Assembly: GCA_965240325.2 (NCBI GenBank) | Contig: OZ251236.1 | Coordinates: 992,001-1,056,000, forward strand | DNA: 64,000 bases | DNA from: Rebecca billardiae RCC1528 | Taxonomy: Eukaryota; Protista; Haptophyta | Reading direction: 5' to 3' | Part shown: one piece after another, positions 24,076 through 34,736 of the stretch | How the letters are laid out: each line of letters opens with the position of its first letter | How positions within the stretch are numbered: position 1 is the first letter of the stretch | Notes under the pieces: generated by a model | Databases searched by the model: none | Seen by the model: the letters and a program-made list of their open reading frames with translations, nothing else | What the model was told of the DNA's origin: nothing | Made by a program: the position numbers and the translations under genes

Positions 24076-26220
24076 TCAGTACGCGCGCGCGAAGAGTGCC
24101 ATGTGTGTCGCGGGCTCGCCGCTGAAGAAGCACGTGCGGCCCTCCGCGCGGTGCTGCTCGGAGAACGGGTAGCATCGCAGCGTGGCTTTGGTCTCGTCCT
24201 TGATGCGCGCCTCGTTGTCCGCGTTGTCAGCCCACGGCACCAGGAAGAGGCCGATCTCTCCGCCCTCCTCGCCGCCGCCCTCCGCGTCGTCCGAGGCGGC
24301 TGCGCAGCAGGCCAGCGCGCGCGCGAGTCGGCGGCGCACGCAGCCTGAGAGTCAGCCCGAGCGCGCGAGGACGAGGGTGCGCGCGCGTGCGCCCTCACCT
24401 CCGAGCCGAGCGGCCATCTCGGTGTAGGAATCGAGCTCGATGGTGCGCGCGCGCAGGCGCTCGGTCGCGCGCTCGAGCATCGCCGCCTGGATCGAGTCGA
24501 GCTCGGCGCGCACGGCGTCCGCCGCCTCGGCCGCGTCGCCGAGCGTGAGCTCGAGCTTCTCGCTGTCCAGCCGGCGCGCCATCTTGCCCATCCCGCTCGC
24601 GAGGTCGCGCGGGCCAACGTCCACGCGCAGAGGCACCCCCTTGCGCTCCCATTCATAGTACTTGGCGCCCGGCCGCAGGTGCGCGCGGTCGTCCACGTGC
24701 GTGCGCACGCCGCGCGCGCGCAGCTCGGACTCGAGCTGCGCGACGAACGCGTCGACGCGCTCGCGCTCAGCCGCCTCCTTCGCGAAGAAGGGCAGCAGCA
24801 CCACCTGCATCGGCGCAACCTCTGGAGGGAGCACAAGCCCTGCGGCGCCGCGGGCGCGAGGCCGGCGCGCGGCGCGCGGCGGTGAGCGCGGGGGGCGCTG
24901 ATGTGGAGGAGCGCGGGCACAGCCGCGGCGGTTCGTGGCGCGCGCACGAGCGCGCGCAAGGGCTCGCGCGTCCAGCCCAGCCCAGTCTAGTCCTCTGGCG
25001 CGCGGCGCGTAGTCGCGGCGCGGCGAGGCGCACGGCGCGGCGCGGGAGAGCGCGGGAGAGCGCGGCGCGCGGCGCGCCGCACCGTTGTCGTCAGAGTGCA
25101 CCATCACGAGCGCGCCGAGCAGGCGCGTGGTCACGCCCCAGCTCGTCGCCCACACGTGCTCGCGCCCGCCCTCCGCCGTCTGGTACATCACGTCGAACGC
25201 CTTTGCGAAGTTCTGCCCGAGGAAGTGCGCGGTGCCGCACTGCAGCGCCCAGCCGTTCTGCATGAGGCCCTCGATCGTGTAGGTCTCCTCCGCGCCCGCG
25301 AAGCGCTCGGAGGCGGACTTGGCGCCGCGCACGACGGGGAGCGCAAGCACGCGCTCGCACACGTCCGCGTACGACTCGAGCATCTCGCGCGCCAGCGCGT
25401 CCGCCTCCTCCGCCTCCGCGTGCGCCGTGTGCCCCTCCTGCCACAGGAACTCGGCCGAGCGGAGGAACGGGCGCGTGCGCAGCTCCCAGCGCAGCACGTT
25501 GGCCCACTGGTTCACCTTGAGCGGCAGGTCGCGGTACGAGGTGATCCACTTGCCGAACATGTGCCAGATGATCGTCTCCGACGTCGGGCGCACGATCAGC
25601 GCCTCCTCCAGCTCCGCCGCCGGGTCGGGCTCGACGCCGGTGCCGCCGGGCACCGCGCGCAGCCTGTGGTGGGTCACGACCGCGCACTCCTTCGCAAAGC
25701 CCTCGACGTGCTCGGCCTCCTTGGAGAGGAAGGAGACGGGGATGAGCAGCGGGAAGTAGGCGTTCTGCACGCCCTTCGCCTTGATCCGCGCGTCGAGCGC
25801 GTCGCGCAGCGCCTCCCACAGCGCCATGCCGGCCGGCTTGATCACCATGCAGCCGCGCACGGGCGACGCGTCCACGAGGTCGCCCGCGCCGATCACGTCG
25901 AGGTACCACTGCGAGTAGTCCTGCGCGCGGCTGGTGATCCGGTCGCTCCCGCCCTGCTGCTGCTGCTGCTTCTGCTTCTGCTTCGGCTTCTGCTTCTGCT
26001 TCTGCTTCTGCTTCTGCTGCGCCGGCTGCGTCGGCGCGCCCGCACCGCCGCCGCCGCCGCCCTCACCACCCTCCTGTGCGAGGAGCGGGCCGACGCGGTA
26101 CGCGGCCGTGCGGGCCAGCGGTGCGCGTACGCGGCCGAGCGCCGACGTCGCTAGCGCGCGCGTCGCCGCGCCGCGTGCACCAGCGACGGAGGCGAGCAGC
26201 ATCAGCGCCGCGCGCATCAT
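24076..26220 (-). CDS. proS: Prolyl-tRNA synthetase (eukaryote/archaeal type) with N-terminal targeting presequence, probably organellar
   Basis: Motifs DYSQWYLDVI, EHVEGFAKE, RPTSET, NQWANVLRWE.RTRPFLR..EFLWQEGHTAH, TSWGVTTR, and C-terminal FARAY. Introns 24840-25082 and 24300-24398. Signal-peptide-like start. Confidence 0.96.
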
Positions 26221-26271
26221 CAACGCGACGATTGGCCGGTCGTCGTTCGACGAGCTTCGGCGACGACGACG

Positions 26272-27342
26272 ATGATTTTCGCGCAGGCGAAGTGGCGAAC
26301 AGCCGCGCCGGCTGCGCCGATGCAGCAGCAGGGCGGGCGCGGGACCGAGCGGCCAGCTCGCCGCCGCCGCGTGCCCATGGACGGCATCAGCATGTGCCGT
26401 ACCGCGTCGTCACTGCTCGGCCGCGCGGGCAGCGACGCGCCGATGCACGTGCGCGCCCTCGCCGCCGACGAGGTCCACGTCGCCCTCGACTGGGCCGAGC
26501 GCGAGGGCTGGGAGCCGGGCGTGAGCGACTTCTTCGCCTTCACCGCGATCGACTTCCCGGGCAGCTTCCTCGGCGGCTTCGTCGGCGGGCGGTGCGTCGC
26601 GGTGATCTCGGTGGTGAACTACGACCCGACGTACGCCTTCATCGGCTTCTACATCGTGCACCCGGACTTCCGCGGCCGCGGGCTCGGCGTTCGCATCTGG
26701 TCGGTGGCGATGATGCGCGCGGGAACGCGCACGTGCGGCCTCGACGGCGTGCTCGCGCAGGTGGAGAACTACAAGGCGTCGGGGTTCGTCGGCAGCCACC
26801 GCAACGTGCGCCACGCCGGCCCGATCCCCGTCGACGCCGCGCGCCGCCTCACCGCGCCGTACGCGCGCGCGCGCACCGCCGTCCTCGACTATGAGCGAGG
26901 CATGCTGCACGCGCTCGAGCGGTACGACGCGGCGGTGTTCGGCTGCGCGCGCGGAGCGTTCGTGCGCGCGTGGCTGGCGTCGGAGGGGCACGCCGCGTGC
27001 GTCGCCTTCGAGGAGGGCCGCGTCGTCGGCTACGCCGTGCTCCGCCCCACGCGTAGCGGTGCGTACAAGGTGGGCCCACTGTTTGCCGACTCGGCAGAGG
27101 CGGCCGCGCACCTGCTCGCGAGGCTGCTCTCGAGGAAGGCGCCGGCGGGCTCGCGCGCGTACCTGGACACGCCGGAGCCGAACGCGCACGCGATGCAGCT
27201 GGCGGAGCGCCTCGGCTTCGAGCGCGTCTTCGAGACCGCGCGCATGTACAGGCCGGGCAGCGGGCGCGCCGCGGAGGCGCTCTCCCCTCCTACCGCGGAC
27301 GACCCGCGCGTCTTTGGCGTCACCTCCTTCGAGCTGGGCTGA
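26272..27342 (+). CDS. Tandem GNAT N-acetyltransferase (YitH/Acetyltransf_18-like)
   Basis: Motifs LDWAEREGWEPG, FIGFYIVHPDFRGRGLG, GLDGVLAQVENYKASGF, YKVGPLFADS, FETARMY, FGVTSFELG. Intronless. Alternative start at 26377. Confidence 0.9.
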   Translation: MIFAQAKWRTAAPAAPMQQQGGRGTERPARRRRVPMDGISMCRTASSLLGRAGSDAPMHVRALAADEVHVALDWAEREGWEPGVSDFFAFTAIDFPGSFLGGFVGGRCVAVISVVNYDPTYAFIGFYIVHPDFRGRGLGVRIWSVAMMRAGTRTCGLDGVLAQVENYKASGFVGSHRNVRHAGPIPVDAARRLTAPYARARTAVLDYERGMLHALERYDAAVFGCARGAFVRAWLASEGHAACVAFEEGRVVGYAVLRPTRSGAYKVGPLFADSAEAAAHLLARLLSRKAPAGSRAYLDTPEPNAHAMQLAERLGFERVFETARMYRPGSGRAAEALSPPTADDPRVFGVTSFELG

Positions 27343-27586
27343 GCTCGCTGCGCGGGGTCGTGAGCGGGCGGTGGAGGCGGCAGCTGGTGTGCGCGCTGCA
27401 AGCGCGCGGCATCGTCGACATGCCGGGGGTGATGCGGCGATGCAGCGGTGCTCGCGGTGCTGCTGGCTGCTTGCCTGGCGGTCTACAAATATTTAGCTAC
27501 GGTAGTTAGCGCGACTACCGGAAGGTTCGGGGCGAGCCCCGGACTGCAGTCTGCCACTGGGCTACTGTTGCCTGAGCTGTGTGCGT

Positions 27587-27720
27587 CTCTTATTCTTATA
27601 CGGCGGGCCGTAGGTCCGCCCCTTGTAGTGCCCGGGGATGGCCGGCCCGGGGAACAGATAAGAAAAAGAAAAGCAAAAATGAAAATCGCCTCGCAAAGAA
27701 AAGAAAATCGCCTCGCTCAC
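27587..27720. mobile_element. Possible Helentron/DINE-1-like (rolling-circle) element terminus
   Basis: TTATAC + stem ggcgggcc-GTA-ggtccgcc + ccttgtagt, then a second GC hairpin and an A-rich tract with duplicated gaaaatcgcctcgc. Marks the start of the non-genic block. Confidence 0.35.
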
Positions 27721-28256
27721 TACCGGGCTCGCTCTCCCACTGGGGACGCTCGGCCGAAAAGACAGTTCCGGGTGGCGCGGAGCGCGTGGGCGCCGCGCCC
27801 CAGATCCAACGCCGGCGCGGACATCGCGCGGAGACACCCGAAGGGGATTTTCGCCCGATTCGCGATTGCTGCCCTCGTCGTCTCGCGTGCAGGTCAAACG
27901 GGGGCCAAAGTCGACGCGTTTGTGGAGGTACGCTCGGCGCGTCGACACGATCGTGCGACCTGGGGCAGTCCTCGCCCGACTTGCACGTCGAACGCTCGCA
28001 CGGGCCATAGTATCAAGCGCTGCGCACGACAACCGCCTCGCACGATCCACCGCCGCGCGTCGGGCTCGGTGCGGAAAGGCCCTCATCACGAGGTGTCTCG
28101 CGGGCGGGAAGCGCCATCGCACGCGACGCAAGATTTGGCGCGGCCTTCTGCAGGGGCGTTCCCCACACGGGTCATGCGCAAATAAAAACTCACGCGCGAA
28201 AACAAAGCGCGGAAAATGAAAACGCGCTTGGCGCGAAGGCGCGCTAACGTCGATGG

Positions 28257-29163
28257 GCGCTTGGCGCGCGCGCGGCGCGGCGCGCTGCGGCCGTCGAGTT
28301 GCCGTGCGAAGGCGGCGCGTTGCGTGCGTGGCATTGGAACACGACCATGCTCCGCACTGCGCCGCGCAGCTCGCTCCTCGTCGACTTTGCCGCGCCTACG
28401 ATGACGATCAGCGCGCATGCGAGCGTCGCGTCGGAATGAGCAGCCCGCGCCGGCCTCAGCCGTGAGCGCCCGCCTGGCGCGCGATGCGATCAACTCGGGG
28501 CACGAGCTGCGGCTGAGCGAGGAAGCATGTGCCTGCGCGCAAGCCGCGCCGCCTTGAGACATCGATCGTGCGCGTTGATGCAGCTTCAGACGGCTGTCAA
28601 CGAATGCCGATCAGCCTGCACGAGCCTTGCATGCAGTGGAGATGAAACAACAGACCGTGAGCGCCCTGAAGCGATGAATAGGAGTCTTCGGGTTGCGTGT
28701 GCGCGCAGTGACTCGTGTACATCCATGCATCGCCTGCGCGCGTGGCTGCCGTCATGCCATGCTTGAGTAGTTGCGCTGATGAGGAGTCCTTTCAAGGGCA
28801 CCGCGACATTCGCAAGGGCAAGAAGAAACGTTGCGTGCAAGGTGCATGCCCTGCTCACGATCGGTGTCTCAAGGCGGCGCGGCTTACGCGCAGGCACATG
28901 CTTCCTCGCTCAGCCGCAGCTCGTGCCCCGAGTTGATCGCATCGCGCGCCAGGCGGGCGCTCACGGCTGAGGCCGGCGCGGGCTGCTCATTCCGACGCGA
29001 CGCTCGCATGCGCGCTGATCGTAGGCGCGGCAAAGTCGACGAGGAGCGAGCTGCGGGGCGCAGTGCGGAGCATGGTCGTGTTCCGATGCCACGCAAGCAA
29101 CGCGCCGCCTTCGCACGGCAACTCGACGGTCGCAGCGCGCCGCGCCGCGCGCGCGCCAAGCGC
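28257..29163. repeat. Long inverted repeat A: arms 28257-28570 and 28856-29163, 285-bp spacer
   Basis: Arms are near-identical reverse complements, with a few substitutions and one 6-bp indel. Confidence 0.95.
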
Positions 29164-29214
29164 TGGTGCGCCGCAGTCCGGGTCGGCGGCCGCCACTGGC
29201 GCAGCGCCAGTCCG

Positions 29215-30594
29215 GAGGGGTTTTGGCCCCCAGGGGCTTGCAAACCAAGCCCCCCAAAACCCCTCGCGCCCCCAGGGGCGTTGCGCCAGCTGGACAAACG
29301 CCTTCCGGTCTTTTCGATCTGCGCTTTTCAAAACGAAATGTTCTGCGCTATGTCCAACGGCAAAGCGCGGCGGATGGCGGCTTCGCCGCCGCATGGGCGG
29401 GCGATGGCCGTTGCCCGCATAAAACGTGCGTCGGAGGCACGGAAGCGGGCAGATGGCGCGTCGCACGCGTCGTGGAACTCGGTCGCGACGCTCGCCAGCC
29501 TCAGCGCGCGCGGCGAAGCCACGTCCATGGGCGCCCAGCGTGCAGGCGGCCCGGTCACGCCGCTCGGCCGCAGCGACCGGCCTCGCACGCGTCCTTGCCG
29601 CGCGAAAGGGCATCCCAGCTGCGGTCATTCGACTTGTGCGTCAGGAGCAGCGTGCCAGCTAGCCGACGCGCACGCACCGCGAGCTGCACGGCGTGCGCAA
29701 ACGTAGCCCGCCGAGCGTGCGCCGATGCGGCACAGCGGGAGAGGGCCCCGATCCGAAGGCGACTCTCGTCAGAGGCCCTCCGTAGCTTCGTGATCTACGA
29801 AAGCTAGCGAGCGTCCTCGCGTTTGTCCAGCTGGCGCAACAACCGCCCTTGGCGCAACGCTCTCAGCTCCGTGGCGGGCAACACCTCTTAGGAGGCGTTG
29901 CCCGTCCGGGAGCTTTTGAATACGATCTGCGCGTGCGCGGGCACTCCCGGACTGCCGCCGCACGGAGAAGGCCAGCAAGGCCAGCCCGCCCGCCCTCCTC
30001 GGTCGTCCGCCGCGGCGCGTGCGCGTCGAGGCGCATGGCGGCGTTCGTCGCGCCCGTCGCGCCCGTGCTCACGGGTCACGCACGCCCCGCGACCGATACG
30101 CATGTCTGGCGTGCCCTCCTTTTGCTCGCACTGCGGTCTCCTCGTCGACAGCCTTGTGATCACGCGCGCCGCCATTTCAACCGCTTGCTGGCCTGCCAGC
30201 TGCCGCGCACGCGCGTGCGGTCCAACCGATGTCAGCATGGCTGATGGCGACGCAGTGATGTTGAGTACTCTCCTGCCCATCGCACAGACGCGAAAAAGCC
30301 GACCTTGAACGCCCCAGGGACGCACGCGCGCCCATCACGCTCGTCGGACAGGCCTTCTCGAGAACTGCGCCTGCCATTCGGCAGGTCTCTGCGCGCAGAG
30401 AGGGCGGCGAGGGCGTGGACGAGGCGGCGCGATGGCTGCCTACGGCTGTTCTCGCTCCCGCAAAGCGCCCGCGCACGGCTGTCAAGCCCGCATGCGGCCT
30501 TGGGAGCGCTGCGCACGCGGGCCCTCGCGTCGCCCAGTGCCCGTCATCCTGTTTTGGGGGGCTTGGTTTGCAAGCCAGGGGGCCAAAACCCCTC
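29215..30594. repeat. Short inverted repeats: ~45 bp at 29215-29260/30551-30594, plus a nested 22-bp pair at 29280-29301/29819-29840
   Basis: gaggggttttggcccc..gcttgcaaaccaagccccccaaaac and its reverse complement; gttgcgccagctggacaaacgc and its exact reverse complement. Confidence 0.85.
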
Positions 30595-30812
30595 GCGGAG
30601 CGTGTGGCAGGATCCCGGGAACGCCCTTGACCTTGTCTGAACTCGATCGCCGGGATCCGCGCACCGGACTCAGTCGTCGCTCGCGGTCCCTCAGCCGAAG
30701 CCCACGTCCGGCCTGCATGGCGTCGACGGTGACCAATGCGACGGAAGCGCAGCGCCAACGGCGTACGACGCGCAGCGGACGCACCTCCGGGGTCTGTCGC
30801 CGTGACAGCAAC

Positions 30813-31895
30813 CAAGGGTGGTCAGGGTCGCCGACTCCAGTGGCGTCGGGCGCCGGAGCTTCACCTCCGACTTTTTGCGGCGGCGCGGCGTGCGGGGCCG
30901 CCGCCGCTGTGGCGGGCCGCTCGGGGCGTGCACGGCGTGGGCTCGTGCGGCCGCTGCCGCGCACGCCGAGCGATCCGGCGCGGGCTCGCGGCTTGTCGAT
31001 GGCCTCGCGCGCCGCAGCGCGACGCGCGCCTTGCCTAGCTTCGCCTGTCTCGCGCCTTGGCCACCGTGCACGCGTGCGCCGCCAAACCGCAAGCTCGGCA
31101 TAGCTCTCAGCCGAGCGTGCACGTGCCTTGCGCGACGCGATGCGGGCATTGCCGGCGGGTGATGTAGCCGTAGTGCGAGCGCGCGTCGTGAAGCCTCGGC
31201 GCGGATCGTGAGTGTCTTCAACGTCTCGGTCAGCTGTCGACAACAGCTGACGGCACCAACCACCAATGGACACCACGGTCCTCCGTTGAACGACTCTCAG
31301 GGCTATCGCGACGCTGCAACTCGTGAAGACTAGTCGAGCGTTGTTGTCGAGAAGACACACGTCACTATGTCATGCGTGCGGGCCTTGCGTGACGATGCGA
31401 CATGACGATCGCCCCGGCAAGAGAGTCAGTCGTCAAGCTTTCAGCACTGCTCAACGCACAGACGGTCCACGCGCGTACGCGGCATCGTCTCATTGCTCTC
31501 GATCCGCGCCGAGGCTTCACGACGCGCGCTCGCACTACGGCTACATCGCCCGCTGGCAATGCCCGCGTCGCGTCGCGCAAGGCACGTGCACGCTCGGCTG
31601 AGAGCTATGCCGAGCTTGCGGTTTGGCGGCGCACGCGTGCACGGCGGCCAAGGCGCGAGACAGGCGAAGCTAGGCAAGGCGCGCGTCGCGCTGCGGCGCG
31701 CGAGGCCATCGACAAGCCGCGAGCCCGCGCCGGATCGCTCGGCGTGCGCGGCAGCGGCCGCACGAGCCCACGCCGTGCACGCCCCGAGCGGCCCGCCACA
31801 GCGGCGGCGGCCCTGCACGCCGCGCCGCCGCAAAAAATCGGAGGTGAAGCTCCGGCGCCCGACGCCACTGGAGTCGGCGACCCTGACCACCCTTG
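30813..31895. repeat. Long inverted repeat B: arms 30813-31208 and 31500-31895, 291-bp spacer
   Basis: Arms of ~396 bp are near-identical reverse complements. Mirror-image ORFs appear in the ORF track. Confidence 0.95.
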
Positions 31896-31993
31896 CAGCA
31901 ACCGCGTCTTCGCGAGTTGGCGACCCTCGCCGCAGCGCGACACAGACAAGCCCGTGATGCCATCCGCAGAGAGATGAATCGAGTTTATTAGTT

Positions 31994-34393
31994 GAGCCGA
32001 CGTCAGTTGTATTGCCGCTTTGGATAGTGTGGTCAGTTGTATTGCCAAAAGCACGTTATGACTACCGTGGTCAGTTGTATTGCCGTTTTCAGTAGTATGG
32101 GTCAAGAATATTGCCGCTTTTGGATAGTGTGTCAACAATATTGCCCCTCAAATACTGGTTTCAAACCAATGACCCTTTCACAGTACTTGGTTCACGAATA
32201 TTGCCGTTTTCGAGCTTGAACATGGGCTCGGGTACTGGAGTGCAGGCTGCAAACGGCGAGCAGCAGCACTCTCAGAAGCGGAAGAAGAAGCCTCGGCGCG
32301 GGAAGCGCGGGCCTCGGCGTGACGCGCAGGGCAGGCGGATTCGATCTCCATTCTCCATCGAGCCGCCGCACCTCGTCGCGGCGCGCCGTCGAGAAACGCC
32401 AGGAGCGCAAGGCGGCGCGGCTGGCGGCCTCTCTGCCCGCAGCACCTGCGCCTGCTCCAGCTGCTGTCCCCCACGCGGACCGAGACTCGTCCATGGACGA
32501 CGACTCGGACGACGAGGTTGCGCAGCAGTCCGGGGCAAAGCGTACCCTGCACGCCGCAGCAGCGCCAGCCGCCGCCAGCAAGCCAGCTGAGCAGAGCGGC
32601 AAGCGCGCACGCGGCCGCGCAGGGCACACGGGGACGACTACATCACCGCCGGATCACCCGCCAGGGCCCAGCGGCTGAGACGGCCGTCTGACATCCGGAC
32701 CTGCACCCTCGCCCTCGCTCGGGGCACAGCAGGTCCATGCGAGCCGCGCAGCGCAGGTGGATCGCGCTCCAGCAGCTCAAGGCCGCGCTCAAGCCATTCG
32801 ATCGCGGTTCAGGCTATGCTCTGCCACCAGCGCCGACTTCGTGTCGACGATCGGGCACTGCCGACGACGAATCAGGAGACCTGCGCCGTCCTACCTGTGT
32901 CGTTAAATCATAGAATGAGTCTGCTCAGAAATATTGCCCTTTCCATAACTATGTGTCAGTTGTATTGCCGCCAGCAGCTCATGGCTGGGGCACAACTCGC
33001 ACTCAGACAAGAGACTCGCGCAGCCCGTGTGCGCGTGCGTGCAGAGCTGCGACTGCCTGCGCGCGGCATGCAGGATACGCGACAGCAACCAACCGACATG
33101 CCATCATCATGCGGCCTGCGTAGCTCATCTTGACTTCCAGTAGCAGTCGGCGCTTCCCGTCGCCGTCGCGCTTGCCGCCCGCCGGCGGCCGGCCGCCAGC
33201 GCCATCGGGACTGCTGCTACTTCAGCGGCCACGTGAGCCGCATCGCGTCCCATGCCGCTGCACGCGCCGCCTCAAGCTGCGACCGCGCTCGCCAAGCCTG
33301 CCACTCGGGTTCCAGCAGCAGCAGGAAGCGTCGCCTGCCCCTCCTGCTTGCTGGCTCGTCGAGGCGCGCGCGGCGCACCGCCCGCCGGTCGGTGCGTTGT
33401 GTCCCAGCTGGCAGTACGCCTTGGACTTCCTCCTCCACGGGCCAATCAGCCTGCGTTGACGAGTGCGACTGGCGCACGGTCAGCCACCTGCACACGGTTG
33501 GCCACAGGGCAGTCTGCTGTTGGAGTGATGACAATCGCAAAAAGGCACGCGCCAGCAGTGTTGCACGAGCGAGAGCGACGCGCGTTGGTTGATCGCCACG
33601 GTGTGAATGACAGTCGATGGCAGGCAGTGAGAGGGACGCGCGTCGTGTTGGTCAAGCTCCTTGAGGCCGTTGAAGAGCACACGCCCGTCGTGCACGTTCG
33701 ACTCCCGCGAATCGGGGCGCAGCAACACACGCTCACCCTGCTTCACGCATGCACCTGCATGCGCTGCCGTCGCAATGTCATCGACTGCGCGCTTGACGGT
33801 CCCGGAGTCGAAGTGAGCACGGAGCAACGCCGATTCGATAGAAGTCGCGACGGATTCTCGCCCGTCTCCGCGTAGACGGCGAGTAGCCCGAGGTGCACGC
33901 GCGTGTTGCACTGCGCGCGCATGCGGCAGCGTTTGTGCAGATTCCGGTCCACGGTTCAGCTCGTCGTTCGGCTTGATGATGTGGAGGAACACGGCGCTAC
34001 CCCGGCAGAGATCGTCGTCGTTGAACGCCACTCTTCTGGCCTGGGATCAGCTAGGCCTGCTCAAGGGCACGCCGCGCACGCCGGCGGCGCGTGGGCGCCA
34101 GCGCCATCATCAGCGCGTGGGCGATCGCGGCAACAAACCTGATGAATCAAAGATGCGCAAACGGCAACACAACTGACCCACACTGTTACGCGACGGCAAT
34201 ACAGCTGGACAAAGTATTGGGCCATCATCCACGGCAATACACCTGACACAAGTATTCGACGTTGGCAACAAGATTGACACGTGATTCCCAAACATGGAAA
34301 ACGGCAATACAACTGACCACGGTAGTCAAAACGTGCGTTTGGCAATACACCTGACCACACTTTCCAAAACGGCAATACAGCTGACATTATCTC
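31994..34393. mobile_element. Mutator-like (MULE) DNA transposon, ~2.4 kb, non-autonomous or decayed
   Basis: 97-bp TIRs (31994-32090 and 34297-34393) beginning GAG and built from repeated GTCAGTTGTATTGCC. Further motif copies are subterminal. Near-9-bp TSD TTATTAGTT / TTAT-AGTT. Internal SWIM-like CxC..LPC. Confidence 0.8.
33217..34140 (-). pseudogene. Frameshifted remnant of a MULE transposase (SWIM zinc-finger region)
   Basis: Protein-like segments in alternating frames, including FCDCHHSNSRLPCGQ at ~33497-33541, which resembles SWIM CxC..LPCxH with the His lost. Confidence 0.5.
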
Positions 34394-34736
34394 TTATAGT
34401 TTATTACTACAAGCGTCGCGTCGTGTCTACTTGATCAACCGCTTGTGCGCGGTATAAACCGCCACGAAGATTATTCATAATGAATAAATGCCTTGTCGTT
34501 AAATATATCATATCCATACGACTACTTTACATCTTCGTCAGGGACGACCCTACAAAAACTCTACTAATTAAGTCTATGATCAGAAGACACAGGCACGAGG
34601 GCGCAGCTCTACTCCTGATTCGTCTGTTATCTTAATAATTGTATGCTTTAATGACTCATTATCAAAATTACCGTCGCCCTCCACGGATGAATCATGTGGA
34701 ATCACGACGAAGTGAACCGAGATTTATGCTCACGAA

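Noticed and set aside
27621-27727. CACTA-like ends (reverse-complement CACTACAAGG at 27621-27630; CACTACCGGG at 27718)
   Set aside because: They face away from each other, and no partner TIR or 3-bp TSD was found.
28776-28840. CTGATGAG...GAAAC resembling a hammerhead ribozyme core (another CTGATGAG at 39206)
   Set aside because: Stem II does not close next to GAAA, and no stem I/III with a cleavage triplet could be built.
32002-32210. Regularly spaced GTCAGTTGTATTGCC repeats resembling a CRISPR array
   Set aside because: The repeats are short and degenerate, the spacers are not unique, the array is mirrored at 34160-34385 as a TIR, and there are no cas genes in this eukaryotic context.
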